This document shows, in pieces, positions 53,730 through 64,000 of a stretch of 64,000 bases of DNA. Below the pieces are notes generated by a model. The model saw only the letters and a list, made by a program, of their open reading frames with translations. It ran no database searches and was not told where the DNA came from. The stretch is from Tubiluchus corallicola. Lineage: Eukaryota; Animalia; Priapulida. The position numbers were made by a program, and so were the translations under genes. The DNA lies in NCBI GenBank assembly GCA_030141605.1, contig JAQGDQ010000586.1, positions 62,001 through 126,000 on the forward strand, written 5' to 3'. Numbering within the stretch: the stretch's first letter is position 1; each line of letters opens with the position of its first letter.

Positions 53730-55531
53730 TAACAGATTGTTGTAGAAAGGGAACATACGGTTTTACAGTACTGCTGACAGATTGTTGTAGAAAGACTACA
53801 TACGGTTTTACAGTACTGCTGACAGATTGTTGTAGAAAGACTACATACGGTTTTACACTACTGCTGACAGATTGTTGTAGAAAGACTACATACGGTTTTA
53901 CAGTACTGCTGACAGATTGTTGTAGAAAGAGTACATACGGTTTTACAGTACTGCTGACAGATTGTTGTAGAAAGAGTACATACGGTTTTACAGTACTGCT
54001 GACAGATTGTTGTAGAAAGAGTACATACGGTTTTACAGTACTGCTGACAGATTGTTGTAGAAAGAGTACATACGGTTTTACAGTACTGCTGACAGATTGT
54101 TGTAGAAAGAGTACATACGGTTTTACAGTACTGCTGACATATTGTTGTAGAAAGACTACATACGGTTTTACAGTACTGCTGATATATTGTTGTAGAAAGA
54201 GAACATACGGTTTTACAGTACTGCTGACAGATTGTTGTAGAAAGAGTACATACGGTTTTACAGTACTGCTGACAGATTGTTGTAGAAAGAGTACATACGG
54301 TTTTACAGTACTGCTGACAGATTGTTGTAGAAAGAGTACATACGGTTTTACAGTACTGCTGACAGATTGTTGTAGAAAGAGTACATACGGTTTTACAGTA
54401 CTGCTGACAGATTGTTGTAGAAAGAGTACATACGGTTTTACAGTACTGCTGACAGATTGTTGTAGAAAGAGTACATACGGTTTTACAGTACTGCTGACAG
54501 ATTGTTGTAGAAAGAGTACATACGGTTTTACAGTACTGCTGACAGATTGTTGTAGAAAGAGTACATACGGTTTTACAGTACTGCTGACAGATTGTTGTAG
54601 AAAGAGTACATACGGTTTTACAGTACTGCTGACAGATTGTTGTAGAAAGAGTACATACGGTTTTACAGTACTGCTGACAGATTGTTGTAGAAAGAGTACA
54701 TACGGTTTTACAGTACTGCTGACAGATTGTTGTAGAAAGAGTACATACGGTTTTACAGTACTGCTGACAGATTGTTGTAGAAAGAGTACATACGGTTTTA
54801 CAGTACTGCTGACAGATTGTTGTAGAAAGAGTACATACGGTTTTACAGTACTGCTGACAGATTGTTGTAGAAAGAGTACATACGGTTTTACAGTACTGCT
54901 GACAGATTGTTGTAGAAAGAGTACATACGGTTTTACAGTACTGCTGACAGATTGTTGTAGAAAGAGTACATACGGTTTTACAGTACTGCTGACAGATTGT
55001 TGTAGAAAGAGTACATACGGTTTTACAGTACTGCTGACAGATTGTTGTAGAAAGAGTACATACGGTTTTACAGTACTGCTGACAGATTGTTGTAGAAAGA
55101 GTACATACGGTTTTACAGTACTGCTGACAGATTGTTGTAGAAAGAGTACATACGGTTTTACAGTACTGCTGACATATTGTTGTAGAAAGAGTACATACGG
55201 TTTTACAGTACTGCTGACATATTGTTGTAGAAAGAGTACATACGGTTTTACAGTACTGCTGACAGATTGTTGTAGAAAGAGTACATACGGTTTTACAGTA
55301 CTGCTGACAGATTGTTGTAGAAAGAGTACATACGGTTTTACAGTACTGCTGACAGATTGTTGTAGAAAGAGTACATACGGTTTTACAGTACTGCTGACAG
55401 ATTGTTGTAGAAAGAGTACATACGGTTTTACAGTACTGCTGACAGATTGTTGTAGAAAGAGTACATACGGTTTTACAGTACTGCTGACAGATTGTTGTAG
55501 AAAGACTACATACGGTTTTACAGTACTGCTG
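53730..55531 (-). repeat. 45-bp minisatellite x40 = LIN9 exon end (18 nt) + GTATGT donor + intron start (27 nt)
   Basis: Minus-strand unit CAGCAGTACTGTAAAACC|GTATGTACTCTTTCTACAACAATCTGT; donors from 55513 to 53758 in exact 45-nt register. Confidence 0.97.
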
Positions 55532-55639
55532 CGCACCCAGCAGATGCTCGTTCAAACTCTTATTCAAAGCGTCCAGCTCCAGCACGACGTGCGCAAATCG
55601 TTTCTGGAAGTTCGACTCAATCGGCTTCTGTTGCGATTT
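55514..55639 (-). CDS. LIN9: LIN9 exon (coiled-coil region)
   Basis: TTCTAG|KSQQKPIESNFQKRFAHVVLELDALNKSLNEHLLGAQQYCKT|GTATGT; compare LIN9 FQRRYATIVLELEQLNKDLN..VQQYC. Confidence 0.93.
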
Positions 55640-55986
55640 CTAGAATCAAATCAAGAAAGATCCAGATTTCGGTAGAAATTAAGACATGACAGGGAAAGAA
55701 CACATTTGTTAGTTCACTAAAAACCAAAGTTTCCTATCCACACGTCCACACGCAATTTTAATATCCTATTTACTACAGTTATAAATCTATAAGCTTTGTA
55801 AACTGTATATTTTTATACGAAATAAACTCATAAAAATAATAATATATACAGTATAATATCATTAATACAAACATGGTTTATTGTTCATGCATTAGCAATG
55901 CGAACTTATGTAAAAAAGAACGAACTTCCATCATTTATTTAATTAATATAATACCATTCAATGTAATGTAATGTAAAATTTATATA

Positions 55987-56458
55987 CAGTCTAGCCTCGT
56001 TATCTCGCCCCTCGTTATGCCGCCAAACTCGTCTCTCGCCATAGAAAGCACCAGGACGGATTTCCTGCTTTGATGTTTACCTCGTTAAGTCGCCACCCTC
56101 GCTTCTCGCCCTCGCCACGTCATGCTAGGATAAGTGCTTATGTAAACTATATTCGTTACGTCGCCAAACAGACAAACTCAGAGGTGAATCGATCAATACA
56201 TATACCGCGTGTCGATCAATATAACCGCAGTCTGTAGACAATGCTGCTGTACTACGCGATCGCAAAATGTCGTCATCACTGATGCTGTTTTGCACGAAAA
56301 GGCCAAGCACTTTGGAAATGAACTGGGCATAACCGACTTCCAGTACTCTAACGGATGGCTGCAACGTTTCAAGTTGAGGTTCTCGTTATCTCGCCATACT
56401 CGCCTCTCGCCAAAAATTTGCCCTAGACGGACAGTGGCGAGATAACGAGGCTAGACTG
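55987..56458 (+). mobile_element. pogo/Tigger deletion derivative retaining a CENP-B-type HTH fragment
   Basis: TA|CAGTCTAGCCTCGTTATCTCGCC TIRs; internal ITDAVLHEKAKHFGNELGITDFQYSNGWLQRFKLRF. Confidence 0.9.
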
Positions 56459-57256
56459 TATATATATATATCACACTACATCATTTAAAATCTCGGCACG
56501 CTGAACAATAAAACACATTTAAAATTCATAAGAATCATACAAAAATTTAAGATATTAAAAAATTTTAAATAATTCATCATAAAAAGTACAATTTAAACAA
56601 ATTTGTTTTAAGATGTTGTTTAAAACAATCCAATGAATTTGTAGAACGTGTAGCAACAGGTAAGTTATTCCAGAGACGGAAAAAGCTTTTTCATCATAGA
56701 ATACTGCATTAGGAATTGGCTATTGTGTACTGCAGGCTTTTCGTCTGACCCAATAGTTTGCACTGCTACATACTTAGAGCTTATTACTGCATATTTACCT
56801 TTGCCAGCCATTTGCAAATTAATTTACAGTTTACATTAATTAAATTACAGTTTAAATTAATTTAATTTGAATTAAATTAAGTTTCGTCTACAGTGAAGAA
56901 ATCAGATTCAAAGTCTGAAATCATGTCACTTGTAGTCAGAATCACTACTGTCACGGACTCCACGGGACGAATTTTTAAGAATTTAAATGATTTCAATTTT
57001 TTTAGACATTACAAGACAAGAAAAAACAAGCAATTACTAACTAAAGTACGCGCGGCTGGTGCGATCGTATTCAAAATTCGTGATATTTGCGAGAATTTGC
57101 AGCTATTGGTAGCCGATATTATCTGGTAGTTACAAAACTTTCTCACTTACTATTCGGTTTCATTATAGGCCACGTTTGTGTTTGACAAAAATTTTACGCA
57201 CATTTACTCTTCGTCTGTGTGCGGCAGTACATGTGTCTGTAGCATAGCCAACTTGA

Positions 57257-57790
57257 AGGAAAACCGCTCGATTGTTTAGACTCAATCTCATTTTAATTTA
57301 CTGTCCAAAATACATATTTTCTTGCTTGTAAAAGTTAGCAATTGTTTCTTATATTTGAATAATTAGCTTAGAAACCGAACACAGCTATTGCTTACGTCAG
57401 AAACTAAACACAGTTTGTGCAAAGACAGGCGTCTTCCGTTGCGCATCAAGCACATTTGCATAAGTGTTACAGTACTGTTTAAACGCGTGATGTCACGAAA
57501 AATGAGCTCTACATCATACGACATCAGAAACTAACACTGCAGTTCATGATCATGCTTATCACGGTACCGCCTTCTATTTGTCGGCAATGCGCATGTGACA
57601 AAAAGGCACCAGTGCCAATGTTAGTAGATTCACTGAACCGCACGTAGCTTTGAAAGTTTAACGAAATTTGAGTATCTGAGGTAATTATTATTTAATCTAA
57701 GCTTTGATTTAAAATAAGCTATTGTAGTTTTCAATATTTTAGAGCATTCTTTATTCTGAAGTCGTGTTTACACAATCATCCGGTTTTCCT
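57257..57790. mobile_element. Kolobok-like element, family E
   Basis: Homologous to 28952-29712; ends TTTTCCT|TTAA. Confidence 0.72.
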
Positions 57791-57957
57791 TTAACAGCGT
57801 GTGCATAAGCTAGGGTTATTTAAGAACAGTGACTAAAACAAGGCCCTAAAATTTGCAGATAATTACTACATTTCACTATACAAACGAATGTACCAGAATA
57901 TTTCCTATTAGAATCTACCTAGTTATAAACCCGAATCCGGAAATCAATTTAAAGATA

Positions 57958-58423
57958 CAGTCAATCTCGGATATAAGGGACACTTCCCGACCGGAAAAAA
58001 ACGTCCCTTATATCCGATGTCCCTTATAGCCGAAGCCGAGGGTGCATCTAGACCTGCACTTTTACCCATATTTTTATGGATTATTGTTACACATTCAGTG
58101 CAAACGGTATGTAGGAAGAATCTCCTTCAGTGATGCGAGATGTATGTGACCGTGGAAACTGAGCTGTTTGAAGGCCGAGTTTGCGAAAAATGAGGTTAAA
58201 AATCGATCAATTTTGCTTTGATCATGGGGTCCCTTATATGCGAGGTAATTTACCTGGGTTTCTATTACACGGGATCTGAAGACATCGTCCCTTATAACCG
58301 AAAGTCACTTATATTCGAGTACCATATATACGAAGATTTTTATAAGAAAAATCGGGACCAGTGTTGATGGTCCCTTATAAGAGTGTCCATTATAAGCAAG
58401 TACCTTATACCCGAGATTGACTG
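57958..58423. mobile_element. pogo/Tigger-like MITE
   Basis: TA|CAGTCAATCTCGG.TATAAGG...CCTTATACCCGAGATTGACTG|TA. Confidence 0.87.
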
Positions 58424-58514
58424 TATATCCGGTATTCACTATCCGGTAAAAATCTGCATCCGGAGTGTAAAACCACTAAACGTAACAGCAAAAGTGAAAA
58501 CGAACAGAACTTAC

Positions 58515-58595
58515 CATTTTCTCTGCCTCGCCGTTCATTTCCTTCAGTGTCGCGACTAGAGACCTTTTCTGATTTAAAATTTTCGTCAACTTTGT
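58515..58595 (-). CDS. LIN9: LIN9 exon
   Basis: TTTCAG|TKLTKILNQKRSLVATLKEMNGEAEKM|GTAAGT; compare TRLSKILMIKKEHIKKLREMNTEAEKL. Confidence 0.92.
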
Positions 58596-58874
58596 CTGAA
58601 ATCATAGAACGCAAAGAAACGGACGAGTTTAGTATGTTCAACGCAAAATTCTGATTTGCAAACAAACAATGTTTTACTAACGTAATTAAAATCCGATTCA
58701 CAGCCTACAAAAAAAATTCAAGATAAGATAGAGTTCATCAGATTTCGCAGCAATTACTGATGTATACAATGAGACGGTATGTCAAGAAAAATTCTTTTAG
58801 CTTTATATATTATAGATAAAGGGTTTTCTTGTACTTTAAAAACAAGTGGTCTAATCACAAGTCTATCTCCTGTG

Positions 58875-59570
58875 TTTACTCACAACTTACTCAGTTTACT
58901 CATCACTCACACAGTTTACTCATAACTCACACAGTTTACTCATAACTCACTCAGTTTACTCATAACTAACTCAGTTTACTCAAAGCTCACATTTACTCAT
59001 AACTCACTCAGTTTACTCAAAACTCACTTCAGTTCACTCAAAAATCACACCGTTTACTCATAGCTCACTCAGTTTACTCATAACTCACTCAGTTTACTCA
59101 AAACTCACATAGTTTACTCATAACTCACACAGTTTACTCATAACTCATGCAGTTTATTCAAAGCTCACTCAGTTTACTCATAGCTCACTCAGTTTACTCA
59201 TAACTCACTCAGTTTACTCATAACTCACTCAGTTTTGCTCATAACTCACACAGTTGACTCAAAACTCACACAGTTTACTCATAACTCATGCAGTTTACTC
59301 ATAACTCACACAGTTTGCTAATAACTTACTCAGTTTACTCAGAACTCACGCAATTTACTCATAACTCACACCATTTACACATCACTTACTCAGTTTACTC
59401 AGAACTCACGCAGTTTACTCATAACTCATGCAGTTTACTCATAACTCACACAGACTATGCATAACTCACACCATTTACACACCACTTACTCAGTTTACTC
59501 ATAACTCACTCAGTCTACTCATAACTCACTCAATTACGCCCATCACTCACACAATTTACTCACACCTCAC
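58875..59570. repeat. ~20-bp minisatellite (CAGTTTACTCATAACTCACT)n
   Basis: About 34 variably degenerate units in a LIN9 intron. Confidence 0.92.
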
Positions 59571-59906
59571 ACACTTGCAACACAATGCGTCTGAAATCCG
59601 AACTGTCGGCATCTTACGACGAATGCGACTCTTTGACAATATCATCACCAGCCGTCTTCCCCGGGCGAAACTTGAATATAAGCTACGCCACAGTGGGCAC
59701 ATGATGAAGTTTAGATGTTCATCAAAAAAAATCAGAACGGACTAAAAAGGTGATTTGAAAATTCTGTTGATTTTTAATCCTCCAGCAAAGTTTACGTAAT
59801 TAGCTCGATAACAACAAAAAAATAAGAATTAAATTTGTAGCCATCATCAATTCACCGCCAAGTGACTAATAATAAAAGTTAAATAAGCTTAACATCTAAA
59901 ACGTAC

Positions 59907-60014
59907 CAACAAAAACAGAAATCGCACTGGATATCCACCGTAATTTGTATCGTTGTCCAGATGCTGGATGATTTCCGACTTCCTGGGCGATCCGGGTAAA
60001 AGCGGATCGTTGTC
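59907..60014 (-). CDS. LIN9: LIN9 exon
   Basis: TTACAG|DNDPLLPGSPRKSEIIQHLDNDTNYGGYPVRFLFLL|GTACGT; compare DNDPLLGQSP...GGFPVEFL. Confidence 0.92.
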
Positions 60015-61043
60015 CTGTAAACCGGAAAATGTTATATGCGTCACTCTAAAGAGACAGACGTCCCAACACGAACGAATCAGAAACAAAACGGAAAAACAAG
60101 AGAAGAAGAAAGAGCAGTTGTTTGTTTATTGATCAAACGAACTCTCAACAAGGAAAAGTGCGACAGTAATGTGCGGTACAGTGCGGTTTTGCGGTATACC
60201 CTGAGTAGACTAAAAAATGAAGCATCAATGAACTCGAGCTAGATGTGTGAAAGTAGAGACAGGGGCGTCGTGCACCAATAAAAATTAGGGGAGCCCGACT
60301 GTATATAATGTCCGAACTTAACTGTTTAAAAAACGTATAATTTTGAATTCCCACACCAGTATTTTGCGTGCAAGAAAAACGATTTATTTATTCACAACTG
60401 GGATTTAATTTAAAGCTATAGCAACGGAAACTTAATTAAAATTAAAAATTACTTGACTGTTGATAATGACTACATTTTTTCTAAGTGTAAGGAGACGCAT
60501 CACAATTTAATCAGAGAGAATCGGCTTTCTAATCCAGCTAACACTGCAAGTGTTTATCTAGGGGGAAGCAATATCATTGGCCCACCATTGCACAAACTGT
60601 GGTTAGTTTCTGACGTAAGCAACAGCTGTGTTCAGTCGCTGTTAATTAATTTTCTAAGCTAATTATTAAAATATAAGAAACAATTGTTAACTTTTACACG
60701 CAAGAAAATGTATATTTTGGACAGTAAATTAAAATGAGATTGAGTCTAAACAATCGTCCGGTCTTTCTTTAAAGTTTTATCATTGTAATTTGTCTTCTCA
60801 TGTAAAAGTAAAACTTTTCCCATTGTACAAAATACAGTTTAAAAACCTATACAGATTGCTTATCTCGTACCATACCGTTCTTAACATATGCATAATAATC
60901 AACCCGAAACCCACATAAAATGATATTAACGTATGATCTACATTCGAGGTAATTTAGCTTTCACGTAAAAAGCTGGAATATCATCAAAAAAGTAAACATC
61001 ATTTCATACAGGCTACAAAAAATCAATAACTACAGATACGCAC

Positions 61044-61157
61044 CAGTTGAGGTAAATCTCCCACGACGGGTCGAGGCGGAGATGCAAAGGGAAGGCGTAC
61101 GCATCGTTCGCGCTCTATAAACGAAGACAACGGCACGGACTCCGCCTCGTCAATACC
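61044..61157 (-). CDS. LIN9: LIN9 exon
   Basis: TTGTCAG|GIDEAESVPLSSFIERERCVRLPFASPPRPVVGDLPQL|GTGCGT; phase 0 to 0, fits between the flanking exons. Confidence 0.85.
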
Positions 61158-61265
61158 CTGACAAGATAAAAAAAGTAGACTTGAATTAACTTTCTGGTCG
61201 TTTTCAATTACACCAACAAAACAGAGCTAACAAGGGTCACCATAAAAAAGTTGCTTTTAAAAAAC

Positions 61266-62819
61266 TAGGGATGTGCCGTATCCGGTTCCTGATCCAGAAA
61301 TTTTAATGGGCGAAGATCCGGCAAAAATGTTCGTCGGATTTTGCACTGTTTGCATTTCTATTTCTCTGTGCGTAAAACTAACAACTTCAAACCGATTGTG
61401 AAAAAAATTAGAGTGGGTAAAAAAATATACAAAATTGCTGAATAGTCTTAATTTTTTTAAAAAAATAACGGATTTCTGTTTAAACCTTCATAAATTTACA
61501 AAAGAATCACTTGGTTTTTATGCCGCCATGCTTGTAGCGCAAGAAATACCAGTAATCTTCATGTTGCGGTTCCGTGCAGCAACGAACTTCCAAGAAGAGC
61601 GCTACTGCTGCAAATTGTCTGCTAAAAATCTAGAGTCTACTCCCACTGTCTACTTCTTCTTTTTCCCAGCTTTTCCCTAAGCTGCGGGGTCGCCATCGTG
61701 AATGAGTCTTCTCCACGCTTTCCTGTTGTTGACCATCTCTTCATTTATGTCTTCCCTTCCCACATGATCTTCACCGACTCTTCTTTTCAGGTGTCCATAC
61801 CATCGCAATCTTGCGAGGCTTCCACTACTTTTACTGTTCCTCTGATATTATTATTTCTAATTTTATCTCTTCTTGTTATTCCCACCATCCATGTCAACAT
61901 CCTCATCTCCACCACATCCATTTTCTTCTCTTCGGTCTTCTTTAGAGAAGCTGCTTCCAGCCCATAGATTAGAGCGGGTCTGACCACTTCTTTGTGGACT
62001 TTACCTTTAAGTCTCACTGATTCATTCATAGAAGGTTTTGGCGCAGTTTTTACAGGTGGATGCCCTTCCTGACCCTAACCCTCCCTATTTATCCGGGCTT
62101 GGGACCGGCACTGAGTTGGGCTGGCTTGCGCCACCCCCCCAATGGCTAGGTTCTACTTCCACTGTCTACTATCTACTTCCAGTAAAAGAGAAATATGGCG
62201 ACTTTTTACTTCAAAACGAGAGCAGCACAAGTACTTAAAATTACAGTACATGAACACTTGCAGTGTTTATATTTAAAATCACTCAGTGACCCTGATAATA
62301 AGCCTTTGCACAGTTTTGGAGATTGATGATGATCTTGAAAAGGTCAAAGGTTAAGTGTAACAGACAACGCAATTGTGTACAATTGACAACGCCTCGCAGC
62401 CCAAGCTATTGTAATAGCAACAGTTTCAACAGCTAGCTAGAACCTTACCTAGTTCAGTTTTTCTTGTTCACAAGCAAGATCCTGCTAGCAAAATACTCTA
62501 CGCACAGCATAATACATAATTAAGTAAAGTCCACGTTAAATAACAGAAGTTACTGAACTGATGCGGCAAACAGCTTGGTTTTGCCCACATGTCACGTGGC
62601 GGTACGTGTCACATATAGCAACTGCGGATGCACACAACAAAACTATGAAAGGCTTATTGGCAGGCAATACCATCACATGAACAAGAGGCGAAACAAAAGA
62701 AATATTATTTAGTCAGTTAACTAATTCTCTTGACAACTGTATAGTAGACCAACAACATTAACTTGTACATCCAGAACCGGAACCGGATCCGAATGTGATC
62801 CAGATCCGGCGCATCCCTA
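61266..62819. mobile_element. hAT-like TIR element carrying a nested RTE fragment
   Basis: TAGGGATGTGCCG.ATCCGG...CCGGCGCATCCCTA termini; TSD not evident. Confidence 0.55.
61650..62150 (-). mobile_element. RTE-clade LINE 3' fragment
   Basis: RLKGKVHKEVVRPALIYGLE...EMRMLTWMVGITRRDKIRNNNIRG, characteristic of RTE ORF ends. Confidence 0.85.
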
Positions 62820-62853
62820 CCAAATACCGCCCTAAGATTAGTTAAAAACTTAC

Positions 62854-62987
62854 AGCCACTTCATAATCGAGCACGTTACGGGTGCCCAATCCGGGTCGAT
62901 CGAACGTGACCCGGTAAGTGAAGTTTTGCGTGTCGACCGCATCGATGACGCCGCTGTAAAGACCCTCCTGCGGAGCGTGGAGCCACG
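62854..62987 (-). CDS. LIN9: LIN9 exon (Tudor-like domain); gene continues beyond the window
   Basis: TTTTCAG|WLHAPQEGLYSGVIDAVDTQNFTYRVTFDRPGLGTRNVLDYEVA|GTAAGT; compare DGLFTGQIDAVDT..TYRVTFDR.GLGT...DYEV. Confidence 0.94.
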
Positions 62988-63277
62988 CTGAAAAAAATCA
63001 ATAATGCAATTTCACACCACGTGACCTCTACTCACACGACAATCACATACAGTTTTCGAAATATAATGATTTCCGTAAATGCTCATTCACATTTAGGGAT
63101 GCGAAAACAGATAAAACAGAATAAAAAATATTTAATGCAGCCAATAAAGTGTAAGACAGGGGAATTTTAAAGTACACCCCCAAAAACTTTCCATACACAG
63201 TTACGTTATTCAGCATTACGTTTACCTATTAGAAAGAAATTATGCAATTGAAAAAGATGATTCGTAATAATTTAAGA

Positions 63278-64000
63278 CTAGCAAAGGCCGCGCAAAAAAT
63301 TTTGAGTATAAATTTACACATATAATCAAAAATACACAAACATCCTACCTAGTGTTTGTTTACTTACCTAACGCAAAGCCAGTAGCAGCAGCTTTTACTG
63401 AATTAAAGCTATAAGGTTATAAGCAGAGTATAATGGATGACGTCAGAACAATGGCTTTGCGTGAGCAGTTTTCTGAGCGAAAATTGCCAAAAATAGAACA
63501 TGTAATTAACTCCTCGCTACTCCTCTCAGTGGACGTGTCCTAAAATGCAGCCCACATCAACGTGTAGCCCTGTTCTTCCTCTTTCTAAAGAGCCGTATAT
63601 CTCTTTCCGAGAGTACCACCAGGCGCCACTAAAATGTTTTTCTGCAGGCTGTTTTACAAAAATTTCGAAAAAATCGCGAGTTGGGTCCGGGAAAACGCCC
63701 ATCACGGGACGCCGTGGCCCTCTCGCGAATTATAAATATGCCTATGACACCCCCGCTGAACGGGCTATCTATCCATCACCAGCACCACCCATGGCCCGTT
63801 CCCGTTCTTCAGATCTCAGGCGTATAACTTTTGCAAAAAAACGGCCGAAAAATGGCCATTTTTGGAGGTTTTTCGCCCCCCCCCCACGTTCGTCCCGGTG
63901 GGCCCGATTCGAAAAATAAACCCCCAATGGCACGGCACTAGATCGAGACCTTTCGTTTGATGTATAAATAGCCACAAATGGTGCCCTCGTCGAAGCTGTA
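63278..64000. mobile_element. Dispersed repeats related to 36066-36585 and to ~47600-47770
   Basis: CTAGCAAAGGCCGCGCAAAAAA terminus; TTTTGGAGGTTTT...GAAAAATAAACCCCCA block shared with 47614-47760. Confidence 0.6.

Noticed and set aside
53620-55675. Three long ORFs (638, 677, 575 aa) as stand-alone genes, or the array as a CRISPR locus
   Set aside because: They result from a stop-poor 45-bp (3n) repeat. There are no unique spacers and the context is eukaryotic. Only the frame continuous with the LIN9 exon is meaningful.
58405-58701. 98-aa minus-strand ORF as a first exon (MISDKVDENF...)
   Set aside because: Wrong frame; the LIN9-matching exon 58515-58595 is in another frame.
59580-59710. GC-richer intronic block as a C/D snoRNA or extra LIN9 exon
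   Set aside because: A box C-like GTGATGA is present but there is no convincing box D or terminal stem, and the flanking LIN9 exons already join with no gap.

Overview
AT-rich, repeat-dense animal (invertebrate-like) nuclear DNA with GT-AG introns. Four genes can be spliced by hand. (1) POLR2L/RPB10, + strand, 2 coding exons, 7291-8107. (2) CLN3/battenin, - strand, almost all coding sequence in one exon, 11192-12520. (3) A ZnT1/ZnT10-family (SLC30A1-like) zinc exporter, + strand, 8 coding exons, 22467-42443, with two near-perfect MTF-1 metal-response elements upstream. (4) The 3' eight exons of LIN9 (MuvB/DREAM), - strand, 62987-49440. A possible unrecognised multi-exon gene lies on the - strand at about 14.1-16.4 kb. 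The rest is hAT-, piggyBac-, Kolobok- and pogo/Tigger-type MITEs, LINE and SINE fragments, and micro/minisatellites. The most striking signal is tandem amplification of exon-intron junctions. A LIN9 5' splice donor is present in 40 in-register 45-bp copies; 37 are stop-free and each would add a 15-aa Cys-rich unit. The ZnT acceptor plus start codon is present in 4 copies, creating uORFs and an in-frame His-rich N-terminal extension of up to 128 aa. All calls come from manual reading; gene identities rest on recalled similarity to known proteins, not on database searches.
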